A DNA stretch of 64,000 nucleotides from Vulcanimicrobiota bacterium (GCA_963723515.1 CAVRQT010000003.1:448001-512000), one strand, 5' to 3'; counted from the first letter of the stretch, positions 1-10,153 are shown. Notes: generated by a model not told the origin, from the letters alone. Program-made: numbers and translations.

Positions 1-809
1 GGCCGAACATCGACGTCATGGGCGTGGGCCACGCAGTCGCCAAGAATTTTTTGATTCAGAAGCCGCGCAACCAGGGGATCGTTCTTGACTTGCCTGACGG
101 CGCGCCGTATTTTCGGCGCGACGTGCCGTTGCTAATGCAGCAAGGCACCGCCGATGTGGCGGATGTTCGCATTCTCGAAGGCGGCCCGCTCACGATCACC
201 GTGATGGCCGCGTCGCCGAATGTTCCCGCCGCCAGTTTGCTTGCCGGACCGCAGTTGCCCGGTGACGGGAAAGGCCGCCACGGAACGTTTGCGCTTTCCA
301 GCTACGGCACCCAAACCGTTGACTTTACGGTCGGCAATCAAGATGCGACCGTAACGCTCGGCGATCGCGAACAAACGATTCCCAAAGCAAATACATCCGA
401 TCCCGGCGCTGATTTCGGCGACTACGGCGTGATGTTCAACATGACGCTCATTGCGCGCAATCCCGGTGATACCGCGCAAACCGTCTACATCTATGAAGCG
501 CCGCGCGGCGGGCCGGTTCGCGCGACGTATCTCTTGGACGGATCGGCGACGCCGACCGAACTAGGCTGCGCGACCTCTCCGCCAAGCGCAACGAGTTCAC
601 CGCGACGCTACTTGATTGGGCAATTTGACGTCGGACCGCACAGCGCGCAGACGCATACGATGTGGACGATGACCGAAGGCGGCTCGAACTATCCGCTCGT
701 GATCGGCCTTTCAACCGATGCGCCCGAGCCGCAAACGCCGCCGATTTTCGGGCCGGAAGGGTGTTTCCCCAAGCCGGAGGCCGCACTGCGAACGCGCGGA
801 TCGCCGTAA
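1..809 (+). CDS. Hypothetical protein, probably 5'-truncated by the window edge
   Basis: Open frame to TAA at 809. Pro/Gly/Thr-rich, with a GDYGV motif. No family recognised. Confidence 0.6.
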   Translation, partial: PNIDVMGVGHAVAKNFLIQKPRNQGIVLDLPDGAPYFRRDVPLLMQQGTADVADVRILEGGPLTITVMAASPNVPAASLLAGPQLPGDGKGRHGTFALSSYGTQTVDFTVGNQDATVTLGDREQTIPKANTSDPGADFGDYGVMFNMTLIARNPGDTAQTVYIYEAPRGGPVRATYLLDGSATPTELGCATSPPSATSSPRRYLIGQFDVGPHSAQTHTMWTMTEGGSNYPLVIGLSTDAPEPQTPPIFGPEGCFPKPEAALRTRGSP

Positions 810-819
810 GAGCGGGACG

Positions 820-1821
820 ATAGAGAACCAAGAGCCCAAGGTCGTCCTTCTCGTGCGCCTGCTGAACGCAATCGATGAGGGACGATATTCTTTTGAGGAT
901 CTGAAGCGCCAAATCGCCGAAGGCGAGCATGCACCGAGCACCCGCAGCTTGCGACGCTACCTTTCAGTCCTTTCGGACGCCGGCTTTCCGTGGTACTTCG
1001 ATCGGGCCGCAAACATCTACAAGTTCACGGACGGCTACAGCTTGCGACGCATGCAGCTCTCGCCGGACGAACTCTTCGGGCTCGTCGCGCTGCGTTCGCT
1101 TGGTGCAAGTTTGGGCGGCACGCTCGGCGCGTATCTCAATAATGTTTCAGCAAAACTGGTCGGCTTATCCGGCGCCGGAGCGCAGCAAGAAGTTGAGGCC
1201 CGCGCACCGTTTGCGTTTCGCGTCAGCGAGACCCATCTCGAACCCGAGGCCGAACGCGCGTTCGCGTTGCTCTCCTCCGCCGAACGCAATTCGCGCTGCG
1301 CGCGCTTCACGTACATCGACAAAGAGGGCCGGCGCTCGGAGCGTACCGTCGATCCGTACGGCTTTGTTATCTCCGGCGGCCGGATTTACTTGATCGCCTA
1401 CGACCACACACGACGGGACAAACGTGTCTTCGCCGTCGACAGCGTGCTCGAACCCGAAGTGTTAGGGGCGACCTTTGCTAAGCCGCAAGACTTCGATGTT
1501 GAAACCTTTGCGGCAACATCGATCAGCGGCGTACTCCACAGCGAGACGACCAGTCAGGTCCGCCTTCGGTTCGAACAGCGCGTCGCCAAAGCCGCGATTG
1601 CGGCCCGAATCGTCACCGAGCGGGCGATCGATCGCGCAGATGATGGTTCCGTCGAAATCACCTATCACGTGGCCGACGTTGACGAACTGTTGCGTTGGAC
1701 GCTGGGGTGGGGCGAGGCCGCGCAAGTCGTTGGGCCGCCGGATGTACGCGTGCGCATGCGCGACCTGATTGGTTCAATCGGCGCGCGCTACGCCGAAAAA
1801 GACGAAACCCGCCGCCGTTAG
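820..1821 (+). CDS. WYL-domain HTH transcriptional regulator (PafB/PafC-like)
   Basis: N-terminal HTH (STRSLRRYLSVLSDAGFP), WYL core (RTVDPYG..IYLIAYDHTRRDKRVFAVDS), WCX tail (LLRWTLGWG..VVGP). Start uncertain: 718 overlaps the upstream gene; ATA 820 or GTG 853 are more plausible. Confidence 0.9.
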   Translation: MENQEPKVVLLVRLLNAIDEGRYSFEDLKRQIAEGEHAPSTRSLRRYLSVLSDAGFPWYFDRAANIYKFTDGYSLRRMQLSPDELFGLVALRSLGASLGGTLGAYLNNVSAKLVGLSGAGAQQEVEARAPFAFRVSETHLEPEAERAFALLSSAERNSRCARFTYIDKEGRRSERTVDPYGFVISGGRIYLIAYDHTRRDKRVFAVDSVLEPEVLGATFAKPQDFDVETFAATSISGVLHSETTSQVRLRFEQRVAKAAIAARIVTERAIDRADDGSVEITYHVADVDELLRWTLGWGEAAQVVGPPDVRVRMRDLIGSIGARYAEKDETRRR

Positions 1822-1836
1822 GCGTCGGGCTTCGGC
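1796..1836 (-). terminator. Intrinsic terminator overlapping the 3' end of the WYL gene
   Basis: Minus strand GCCGAAGCCCGACGCC-TAAC-GGCGGCGGGTTTCGTC-TTTTT. Confidence 0.6.
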
Positions 1837-1995
1837 GTATCTCCTGTCGTCTCGCCTGTTTGAAACCGTTTCCGGTTTCCCACTGACGTATCGACGGTTC
1901 GATCGTTACGCTCGGACCGTCGCGAAAGCGACGTCATCGTCAACACGTAAGGATCGCGGTTTTTACGCGCTCCGCACTTCGTCGTTACTCGAAGT
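1796..1995 (-). ncRNA. Candidate structured ncRNA of ~200 nt, unknown family
   Basis: Bounded by a sigma70 promoter (2002-2030) and a hairpin plus U5 terminator (1796-1836). Series of hairpins including GAAACCG-GAAA-CGGTTTC. Confidence 0.55.
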
Positions 1996-2001
1996 TTTTG
2001 C

Positions 2002-2030
2002 ATGGTAGCATCGTGAAAAGCGCTGCGCAA
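2002..2030 (-). promoter_or_regulatory. Sigma70-type promoter with extended -10
   Basis: TTGCGC-17 nt-TACCAT, with TG one base upstream of the -10 hexamer. Confidence 0.6.
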
Positions 2031-2054
2031 GGGCTTTTTGCCGTCGCTCACAAC

Positions 2055-2114
2055 CTTTCCACAAGAAATAAAACTTATTCGCCATGCGTTAGGTGGTTAT
2101 CCACGGTTTCCACA
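2055..2114 (+). promoter_or_regulatory. Cluster of three DnaA-box-like 9-mers
   Basis: CTTTCCACA 2055-2063, TTATCCACG 2097-2105, GTTTCCACA 2106-2114. Each has one mismatch to TTWTNCACA. Confidence 0.5.
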
Positions 2115-2136
2115 AAGACGTGCGACAAGGAGCAAC

Positions 2137-2658
2137 GTGAAACGACCAACTTTGACCCTGATGCTCGGCTTGCTCATCTTCGGTGAAGCATTCTGTTCGA
2201 CCAACGCAGTGCACGCGCAAAGCATGTTCGGCGGCGCGCCGATCGACGGCATCCGCTGCGAGAGCATGGAAGGTGCCGTGCTGCACATTCACCAGCATCT
2301 CCAACTCTTCGATCGTGGACGCGCCGTACAAGTGCCGGCCGGCATCGGAATACCATCGGCTGCGAATTGCTTGTACTGGCTGCACACGCATACGAGCGAC
2401 GGCATCATCCACGTCGAGTCGCCCACGCGGCGGTCGTACGCGCTGGGGCAGTTCTTTGACATCTGGGGTCAAGAGTTGAGCCGCACGCAAGCTGACGGCG
2501 TGCGGGCACCGCGCGGGAGGGCACTGCGCATCACGGTCAACGGCCGCCTGTATCGCGGTGATCCGCGTTCGATTCCGCTGCGCGACCACGAAGAGATCGT
2601 CATTCAAAACGGACCGCCCTACGCGCGGGCCGCCTCCTACGACTGGTCCCGCATGTAG
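2137..2658 (+). CDS. Secreted His-rich hypothetical protein
   Basis: AAGGAG then GTG 2137. Signal peptide, motifs HIHQHL and CLYWLHTHTSDGIIHVESP. Confidence 0.75.
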   Translation: MKRPTLTLMLGLLIFGEAFCSTNAVHAQSMFGGAPIDGIRCESMEGAVLHIHQHLQLFDRGRAVQVPAGIGIPSAANCLYWLHTHTSDGIIHVESPTRRSYALGQFFDIWGQELSRTQADGVRAPRGRALRITVNGRLYRGDPRSIPLRDHEEIVIQNGPPYARAASYDWSRM

Positions 2659-2707
2659 CCTTTCTCCGACCTGGGACGCGGGCAGAAACGCGTCTAAGGG
2701 TGCCTTC

Positions 2708-4262
2708 ATGACCGCTACGGCAGTCCCAACGGTCGAGCTCGATGGCAAGCATCTGACGCTCGAGCAAGTTCGTGCGGTCGCCGAAGAGGGCGCATCGGTC
2801 ACCGTTTCACCGGAGGCGCGCAAACGCGTCAAAGCGGCGCGCGCATTCGTCGAGCAACAGTTCGACCGCGGGAACCCCGATCTACGGTGTGACGACCGGC
2901 TTCGGCCGCCTCGCCAATGTGGCGGTGCCGCCGTCGGAGGCCGCAACACTGCAACTGAATCTCGTGCGCAGCCATGCGGCAGGGACCGGACCGCCGCTTG
3001 CGCAGCGTTTCGTGCGCGCCGCCGGCGTCTTGCGCGTCAGTTCGCTTGCCGCCGGCCACTCCGGCGTCAAGACAGAGACGCTCGATCTGCTGATGGCAAT
3101 TCTTAACGAGAGCATCACGCCGTACGTCCCGATGCAAGGCTCCGTCGGTGCAAGCGGCGACCTCGCGCCGCTCGCGCACATGACGCTGACGCTGCTCGGT
3201 GAAGGCGACGCGTTTTACCGCGGCGAGCGCATGCCCGCGCAACGCGCGCTTCGCGAAGCAGGCTTGCAGCCGTTGACGCTGGGCGCGAAAGAAGGCCTCT
3301 CGCTCGTCAATGGTACCGAGGTCATGACGGGCATCTCGGCCCTATGCGTTTTGCGCGCCGAGCGCTTATGTGCGGCGGCGGATGTGATCGGTGCGCTCTC
3401 GTTGGAGGCGTTTCATGCAACCGATCGTGTCTTCGATCGCCGCATCAACGCATTGCGGCCGCACGTCGGCCAGTCGCGCGTCGCCGAGAACCTTCGCGCC
3501 CTCCTGCGTGATTCCGAGATCATGCAATCGCATCGTGAATGCGGTCGCGTGCAAGATCCCTACTCTTACCGCTGCATCCCCGTCGTGCACGGCGCGGTAC
3601 GAGATGCGGTTGCTTATGCAAGAAAAGTGATCGAAACCGAGGCGATCTCCGTCACCGACAATCCGCTCGTTTTTCCGAAGGACGAAGAATTTTTGAGCGG
3701 CGGCAACTTTCACGGACAGCCCGTTGCGCTGGCGGCCGACGTGCTCAAGACCGCGATCTCGCAACTTGCGAACATCAGCGAACGGCGGCTCTATCTTTTG
3801 CTCAATGCAGAGGAGCGCGGTTTGCCGCTGTTCTTGACGGGTCGCTCCGGGTTGCAGTCGGGCCTTATGCTCGTGCAGTACACTTCGGCGGCGCTCGTGA
3901 GCGAAAACAAGGGCCTTTCGTGGCCGAACAGCGTCGACTCGATTCCAACATCGGCGGGCCAGGAAGATCACGTGAGCATGGGGATGACGGCGGCGTGCAA
4001 CTTGGATCGCGCATTAGATAATGTCGAAGGTTCTCTCGCGTGCGAACTCGTCGCGGCCTTGGTGGCGACGGATTTTCGCCGTCCGCTGCGTTCCGGCCGT
4101 GGCACACAAGCCGCGCACGATGCCGGGCGCGCGCGGATTCAAGCGTGGACTGAAGATCGGGCTCCGGCGCCTGACATCGAAGAAGCGCGCGAGCTGATCG
4201 GTTCGGGCACGATGGTTCGTGCGGCCGAAGAGGCAATTGGAGAACGGCTTTGCGACGCATAA
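2708..4262 (+). CDS. hutH: Histidine ammonia-lyase (frameshift near 2870)
   Basis: IYGVTTGFG, MIO motif SVGASGDLAPL, QDPYSYRC, GGNFHG, QEDHVSMG. The N-terminus lies in another frame from ATG 2708. Confidence 0.95.
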
Positions 4263-4651
4263 CCGGTTTAGGCGGCGTTTTCTTCAAGGCGAAGGATACG
4301 AACGCGCTCGGCGAGTGGTATCGCGATCGCCTGGGGCTGCCCGTTTCCGAATATGGAAGCGCCGATTTCGACTGGATTGATGCGCAGACGAACGCTCCGG
4401 GCAAGACGGTCTGGGCGATGTTTCCACATGACAGCGATTACTTTAAGGAAACGGCGTCGCAGTTCATGGTCAACTATCGCGTTGAAGATTTGGATGCGTT
4501 GCTGGAAACGCTGCGCAAAGAAGGTGTGCGAATCGATCCGCACCGTGAGGAGTCTGAGTACGGCCGTTTTGCGTGGATTTGGGATCCCGAAGGAAACCGA
4601 ATCGAACTCTGGGAGCCGCCTCGCAACCACGCGAAGGCGCAGCAGCCGTGA
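4250..4651 (+). CDS. VOC/glyoxalase family protein
   Basis: [38 protein letters not shown]. Confidence 0.85.
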   Translation: MRRITGLGGVFFKAKDTNALGEWYRDRLGLPVSEYGSADFDWIDAQTNAPGKTVWAMFPHDSDYFKETASQFMVNYRVEDLDALLETLRKEGVRIDPHREESEYGRFAWIWDPEGNRIELWEPPRNHAKAQQP

Positions 4652-6309
4652 CGGCCACCGTCTCGCAGCCTCACATCGTCCGTGCGCCTCGCGGAACCAA
4701 GCTAAACGCTCTGGCCTGGCCGCAAGAAGCGGCGCTGCGCATGCTGATGAACAATCTCGATCCCGAAGTCGCGGAGCGCCCTGAAGATCTCGTCGTGTAC
4801 GGGGGGAGCGGCCGTGCGGCGCGTTCGTGGACGGCTTTTGAGGCGATCGTTCGAACGCTCAAACGGCTCAAGAACGATGAAACGCTGATCGTTCAAAGCG
4901 GCAAACCGGTTGCGGTTTGGCGCACGCATGAACGCGCGCCGCGCGTGCTCATTGCGAATGCAAATCTCGTGCCGAAGTGGGCCGATTGGAAGACCTTCCG
5001 CGAGTTGGAAGCGCAAGGACTCACGATGTACGGTCAGATGACCGCGGGATCGTGGATTTACATCGGCACCCAAGGGATCGTGCAAGGGACCTTTGAGACC
5101 TTTGCGGAGCTTGCGCGGCAGCATTTCGGCGGAACGCTTGCCGGCCGCATCTGCTTGACCGCCGGAATCGGCGGGATGGGCGGCGCGCAACCGCTCGCGA
5201 TCACGATGAACGGCGGCGTCGCAATCGTCGTCGACGTCGACCGCGCACGGCTCGAACGCCGGCATGAACTGCGCTACCTCGACTGTGTTGTCGCAAGCCG
5301 CGACGTCGCGCTCTCAGAAGCGGAAGCGGCGCGGACTGAAGGGCGCGCGCTTTCGATCGGTTACGCAGGCAATGCAGGTGAAGAGTTCGCCGCACTTTAC
5401 GCGGCCGGGCTTCGGCCGGATGCTGTCACGGACCAGACGTCCGCGCACGACATGATCAACGGCTACGTGCCGATGGGCATATCGCTGGAGGAAGCCCTCG
5501 AGTTGCGGGCGCGCGATCCGCAAGAGTATGAGCGGCGTGCTTTTGAAACGGTCGCTAAGCACGTTGAAGCGATGCTGGCCTATCTCGATGCGGGCGCTGT
5601 CGTCTTCGATTACGGCAACAATATCCGTGCGATGGCGCAGCGCGCGGGCGTGACGCGCGCCTTCGACTTTCCGGGATTCGTGCCGGCGTTTATCCGCCCG
5701 CTGTTCTGCCGGGGCAGCGGACCATTTCGCTTTGCCGCGCTTTCCGGAGATCCAGGCGATATCGCACGCCTGGATGACGAGCTGCTGAAGTTATTTCCTA
5801 ACGACGCACATCTGCGGCGTTGGATCGAACTCGCGCGTGAGCGCGTCGCGTTTCAAGGTCTCCCGGCGCGGATCTGCTGGCTCGCGTATGGCGACCGGGC
5901 AAAGGCGGGTTTGCGCTTCAACGAGCTCGTCGCTAACGGGGAAGTTAAGGCGCCGATCGTGCTCGGTCGAGATCATCTTGATACCGGCAGCGTGGCATCA
6001 CCGTACCGTGAGACAGAATCGATGAAAGACGGCAGCGACGCGATCGCGGACTGGCCGATCCTTAATGCGTTGCTGAACACCGCCGCCGGTGCGCATTGGG
6101 TGTCCTTCCATCATGGCGGCGGAGTCGGTATCGGTTACAGTTTGCATGCCGGCATGGTCGTGGTGGCGGACGGAAGCGCGGATGCGCGCGAGCGGCTAGA
6201 AACAGTCCTGACGACCGATTGCGGCATGGGCGTCGTGCGGCATGCCGACGCGGGCTACGAGCTCGCGATTGAAACGGCCGACGAAAAGGGGATCGACTGG
6301 CGGTTGTAA
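4648..6309 (+). CDS. hutU: Urocanate hydratase
   Basis: [50 protein letters not shown]. Confidence 0.97.
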   Translation: MTATVSQPHIVRAPRGTKLNALAWPQEAALRMLMNNLDPEVAERPEDLVVYGGSGRAARSWTAFEAIVRTLKRLKNDETLIVQSGKPVAVWRTHERAPRVLIANANLVPKWADWKTFRELEAQGLTMYGQMTAGSWIYIGTQGIVQGTFETFAELARQHFGGTLAGRICLTAGIGGMGGAQPLAITMNGGVAIVVDVDRARLERRHELRYLDCVVASRDVALSEAEAARTEGRALSIGYAGNAGEEFAALYAAGLRPDAVTDQTSAHDMINGYVPMGISLEEALELRARDPQEYERRAFETVAKHVEAMLAYLDAGAVVFDYGNNIRAMAQRAGVTRAFDFPGFVPAFIRPLFCRGSGPFRFAALSGDPGDIARLDDELLKLFPNDAHLRRWIELARERVAFQGLPARICWLAYGDRAKAGLRFNELVANGEVKAPIVLGRDHLDTGSVASPYRETESMKDGSDAIADWPILNALLNTAAGAHWVSFHHGGGVGIGYSLHAGMVVVADGSADARERLETVLTTDCGMGVVRHADAGYELAIETADEKGIDWRL

Positions 6310-6317
6310 GCCGATCG

Positions 6318-7541
6318 TTGCTCGTGCGGGCGGGAACGCTCGTTACCTGCGAGGGCGGCAAAGCCCAAAACGCAATCGCTTTTGATGATTTAGGGATGTT
6401 TTCGCCCGGCGCGTTCACCGTTCGTGACGGCCGTGTCGTTTCGATCGGCTCGCCGGCCGACGTCGAAAAGTCGCTCAAGGGCGCTGCAAACGTCGAGATC
6501 GTCGACTTCGAAGATTGTGTCGTCACGCCCGGCTTCATCGACGCGCACACCCATCCGCTCTTCGCAGGCGATCGCGAAGCCGATTTTGCTGCGCGCCAAC
6601 GCGGAGACTCGCCGCCGCTCGGCATGCTGCATACCGTGCAATGCACGCGCAAAGCGCTTGAATCGCCTGAGAAACGGCAAGCATTTTGGGAGTGCGTTCA
6701 TGCGCGGCTTCACACGATCGCGCTGCACGGCACGACGACGCTTGAGTGCAAGACGGGCTATGCGCTCCACCGCCAGGGCGAGATTGCGCTTTTAGATTTA
6801 ATTGAGGCCCACAAAGACGACGCCCAGCTTCCACGATTGATCGCGACGTTTTTGGGCGCACATGCGCTGCCGCCGGAATACAACGCAGAAGACGCGTTCA
6901 TCGAATACCTGATCGGCCACGTGATGCCCGTGGCGCGCGCACACGGTGCGGTGTACGCAGACGCTTTTTGCGAAACGGGCTTCTTTTCTCCCGAACAGAC
7001 CCGTCGGTATCTAGAAGCGGCGCGGGCAAACGGGCTTCGGCTGCGCGTGCATTGCGACGAGCTTGCGCGCTCCGGCGCAGCGGCGATGGCGAGCGCGCTT
7101 GATGTTGACGCGATCGACCACGCCAACTTCATCGACTCAACCGATATCGATGCGATTGTCGAGCGCGGCATCGTGACCGTCGCCTGTCCGGCGACAATCG
7201 CCTACTTGGACATTCCCAAGCACCTGCCGGCGCGCGACATCCTCGAAAGAGGCGGGATGGTCGCGCTCGCGAGCGACTACAATCCCGGAACCTCGCCGTG
7301 CTTCAATTTGCAAACCGTCGCATTCTTTGGGCGCAAATTGCTTGGCTTTTCGGCAGCTGAGGCGCTCTACGGCGTGACGCGCGCCGCCGCAGCATCACTC
7401 CACGATGACGCGGGCGTTTTGCGCAACGGCTCGCGCGCGGATTTCGTGGCGCTGCAGATCGAATCGCCCGACGAGTTCGGATGGCAGTTCGGAGGAAATC
7501 TGGCGCAGGCGGTCTTTCGCAGCGGCCGGCGGATCGGATGA
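6318..7541 (+). CDS. hutI: Imidazolonepropionase
   Basis: PGFIDAHTH, GTTTLECKTGY, FLGAHALP, DAFCE, ASDYNPGTSP, in hut operon context. Confidence 0.92.
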   Translation: MLVRAGTLVTCEGGKAQNAIAFDDLGMFSPGAFTVRDGRVVSIGSPADVEKSLKGAANVEIVDFEDCVVTPGFIDAHTHPLFAGDREADFAARQRGDSPPLGMLHTVQCTRKALESPEKRQAFWECVHARLHTIALHGTTTLECKTGYALHRQGEIALLDLIEAHKDDAQLPRLIATFLGAHALPPEYNAEDAFIEYLIGHVMPVARAHGAVYADAFCETGFFSPEQTRRYLEAARANGLRLRVHCDELARSGAAAMASALDVDAIDHANFIDSTDIDAIVERGIVTVACPATIAYLDIPKHLPARDILERGGMVALASDYNPGTSPCFNLQTVAFFGRKLLGFSAAEALYGVTRAAAASLHDDAGVLRNGSRADFVALQIESPDEFGWQFGGNLAQAVFRSGRRIG

Positions 7542-8828
7542 AGGAAGTCGTTCAGTGCGCGCGCGCGCTCGTCGACGGCGTCGAGCGTCACGACTTTGCG
7601 TTCATCGTTGAAGATGGCGCGATCGTGCAATGTGGAGATCGGCGTAAGATTGACGCTCGCAACGCCAGCGTGCGCGAATTTGGTCCCCAAGCAATCGTCG
7701 CGCCGGGCTTCATCAACGGTCATAGCCACGCGTATCAGGTCTTGCTGCGCGGATGGGCGGACGATCTGCCGTTTGAGCGCTGGCGACGTGACGCGCTCTA
7801 TAAAGTCGTCCCCCGCTTGACCCCCGATGACATTTACTGGACGTTCGTCTATGCGTTCGGCGAAATGCTGCGCGCTGGAATTACGAGCGTCGTCGAATTT
7901 TTCTATCTGAACGGTGCTGGAAACGAACACGCGCGGGCAGCGATTCAAGCCGCGCGAGACACGGGTATTCGGTTGATTCTGGCGCGGGCTTGGATGGACG
8001 CCCCAGACGTGCCGGCGGCATTTCGAGAGACGCTGGATCAAGCTGCGTCGCGAACGAGCGAATTGATCGCCGCGTATCCGGATGTGAATATCTGCGTTGC
8101 CCCGCACTCACTGCACGCGGCGTCACGTGAGATGATTCTTTTGCGCGGCCGAATTCTCAAAAGAGCGCGATCTGATGCTGCACATTCATGTTGCTGAGGC
8201 CGCATACGAAGGCGAACAAACGCGTGCGTTGCACGGCGCGGCGCCCATCGAATTGCTGGAGCGCTGGGAGGTCTTGACCGAACGGCTCGTCGCGATCCAT
8301 GCGATTTACTTGAGCGACGCCGAGAAGAAACTGCTGGCGGCGCGCGGTTCGCGGATCGTTCACAATCCGACCACCAACGAGTATCTCGGCGATGGCATCT
8401 GCGACATCCCAAGGTTCCGCGAGCTACGCGTGCCGATCGCGCTTGGGACCGATGCCGACGTGAAACCATCTCTGATCGATGAGATGCGGACGGCCGCATT
8501 GCTGCAAAAGGTTGCGCAGCTCGACGGAGCGGCGCTCGACGCACTTGCAGTATTTGACTTCGCAACCCGTCAGGGAGCGCAGGCGCTCAGCATCGACTGC
8601 GGCGCGTTCTCGCCGCGAAGAAGTGCCGACTATATGGTCATCGACGCCTCAAAGCTTGATCCGTGGGCGGTGCCGATCAACGGGCTCGTCTATCGCGGCG
8701 AGACCAATTGGATCGCGCAGGCCTTCGTGCACGGCAAAGAGGTATGGAGCGGAGAGGAAACGGCGTTGCAGCAGCAATCCAAGGCCGCAGTGGGTAAGAT
8801 TGCGCGAAGACTAGATCTGGGGAGGTAG
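7538..8828 (+). CDS. Metal-dependent amidohydrolase, HutF- or MTA/SAH deaminase-like (frameshift near 8140-8175)
   Basis: PGFINGHSHAYQ, APHSLH, HIHVAE, ALGTD. Two consecutive frames. Confidence 0.85.
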
Positions 8829-8831
8829 TGT

Positions 8832-9278
8832 ATGAAGGAGAAGATCAGAGCCGCATTCCTTATTTGCTCGGCAGCCCTCATTCTGGCCGCATGCGGCGGC
8901 GGAAACAAGGGCGCAAACGCGACGGCGACAACCGGCCCGATGACCGAAGGTCAACGCGAGAGCGCTGCGCTTCCGCTCACTGCGGCGAAACCGATTCCCG
9001 CCGGCCTAAATTGCGGTGCGACGAAACCCGTTTGGGTCAACCTGCACACCAAGGCCTACCACGAACCCGACAGCCCATACTATGGGCGCACGAAGAACGG
9101 ACAATATATGTGCGCTAGTGCCGCTGCAGCGGCCGGCTACCATGCGGCCGGCAGCGGAAGCGCGAACATGAATAATGCAGCGGGCGAAAACGGCGCGACG
9201 AGTAACGGTGCAACGAGCAACGGCACGTCAACGATGCCGCGGCATCATCGCCACCACCGCACGAGCAGCAGTTACTAA
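8832..9278 (+). CDS. Small lipoprotein
   Basis: Lipobox LAAC, motif VWVN..TKAYH...YYGRTKNGQYMC, His-rich tail. Confidence 0.75.
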   Translation: MKEKIRAAFLICSAALILAACGGGNKGANATATTGPMTEGQRESAALPLTAAKPIPAGLNCGATKPVWVNLHTKAYHEPDSPYYGRTKNGQYMCASAAAAAGYHAAGSGSANMNNAAGENGATSNGATSNGTSTMPRHHRHHRTSSSY

Positions 9279-9284
9279 AACCCC

Positions 9285-9335
9285 GTGTCACCCTGAGCTT
9301 AGCCTGTGCTGAGCGGTGTCGAAGCATCGAAGGGC
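9285..9335. repeat. REP-like palindromic element, nested double copy
   Basis: GTGTCACCCTGAGCTT[AGCCTGTGCTGAGCGGTGTCGAAGCA]TCGAAGGGC. Outer part matches 55647-55672. Confidence 0.7.
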
Positions 9336-9346
9336 AACGGTAATCG

Positions 9347-10135
9347 CTATAACAGTTGTCGGATCGCGCGCATGAATTGACCGAAGCGAGCGTTGTTTTG
9401 ATCGGTTGACGGCAGTCCGGTGTAAACAACGATGACGTACGACGGCCCATTCGGAATATCGAGAATGCCGCCGTCGTGCGTCACTTCGTCGGTGTCGCCG
9501 GTCTTATGAGCGAATATGTCGCCGGGCCGTAAGCCGGCGTTGAGCTTGTCGTTGAATTGCTGCGCCAGCAGCGTTTCGCGAAGCAGATCGGCATACGGCA
9601 CGGCATCCTCAGCGATCATCTCGAAGAGTTTTGCCGCGTCACCCGCATTGTGAATGTTGCGGTGAACGCGATCCCAACCGGGATCGTTGATCAGCGGCTC
9701 GCTGCCTGACAGCTTGCGGTAGAAGGCGGTCTTCAGCAAGCCGTACCGTTCTTGAACGATTTGCGTTGCGCGTTCGCGTCCGCAGACGTCGAAGAGCATG
9801 TTCGTTGCCACGTTATCCGAGCGCGTAATCATCAACTCGATCAGCTCGTGCAGTGAGGCTTGGTATCCCGGCTTTAGCGGCGACGGCTTATCGTTTGCCG
9901 TCATGTTTTGCGTCGTTGTTAGGAAGTATTGCTCGAGCTTGAGATCGCCGCTCTCAACCAGCGTGAATGCAGCCACCGCGAGCGGCGTCTTGATCATGCT
10001 CGCCGGGTAGCGATAGACGTCTTCGTTGATATGAATGTCGACGGTGTGCGTTCCATCGAGCCGCTTTAGGACGATCGAGTTCGGCTCGAGTTTGGCCGCC
10101 TGCGCCGCCTCGCGCACATCGTCTTCGCTGAGCAT
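9347..10135 (-). CDS. Class A beta-lactamase-related serine hydrolase
   Basis: SxxK (PASMIK), SDN, HKTG, HDGG motifs. No signal peptide. Confidence 0.85.
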   Translation of the reverse strand: MLSEDDVREAAQAAKLEPNSIVLKRLDGTHTVDIHINEDVYRYPASMIKTPLAVAAFTLVESGDLKLEQYFLTTTQNMTANDKPSPLKPGYQASLHELIELMITRSDNVATNMLFDVCGRERATQIVQERYGLLKTAFYRKLSGSEPLINDPGWDRVHRNIHNAGDAAKLFEMIAEDAVPYADLLRETLLAQQFNDKLNAGLRPGDIFAHKTGDTDEVTHDGGILDIPNGPSYVIVVYTGLPSTDQNNARFGQFMRAIRQLL

Positions 10136-10153
10136 CGCGGCCAACGGTTCCGC

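Noticed and set aside
1818..2051. 77-aa minus-strand ORF over the candidate ncRNA
   Set aside because: Its starts lie within or upstream of the promoter elements, there is no Shine-Dalgarno or recognisable domain, and base pairing explains the sequence better. Not fully excluded.
2045..2115. Replication origin
   Set aside because: Only three imperfect DnaA boxes, no extended unwinding element, and no dnaA/dnaN/gidA neighbours.
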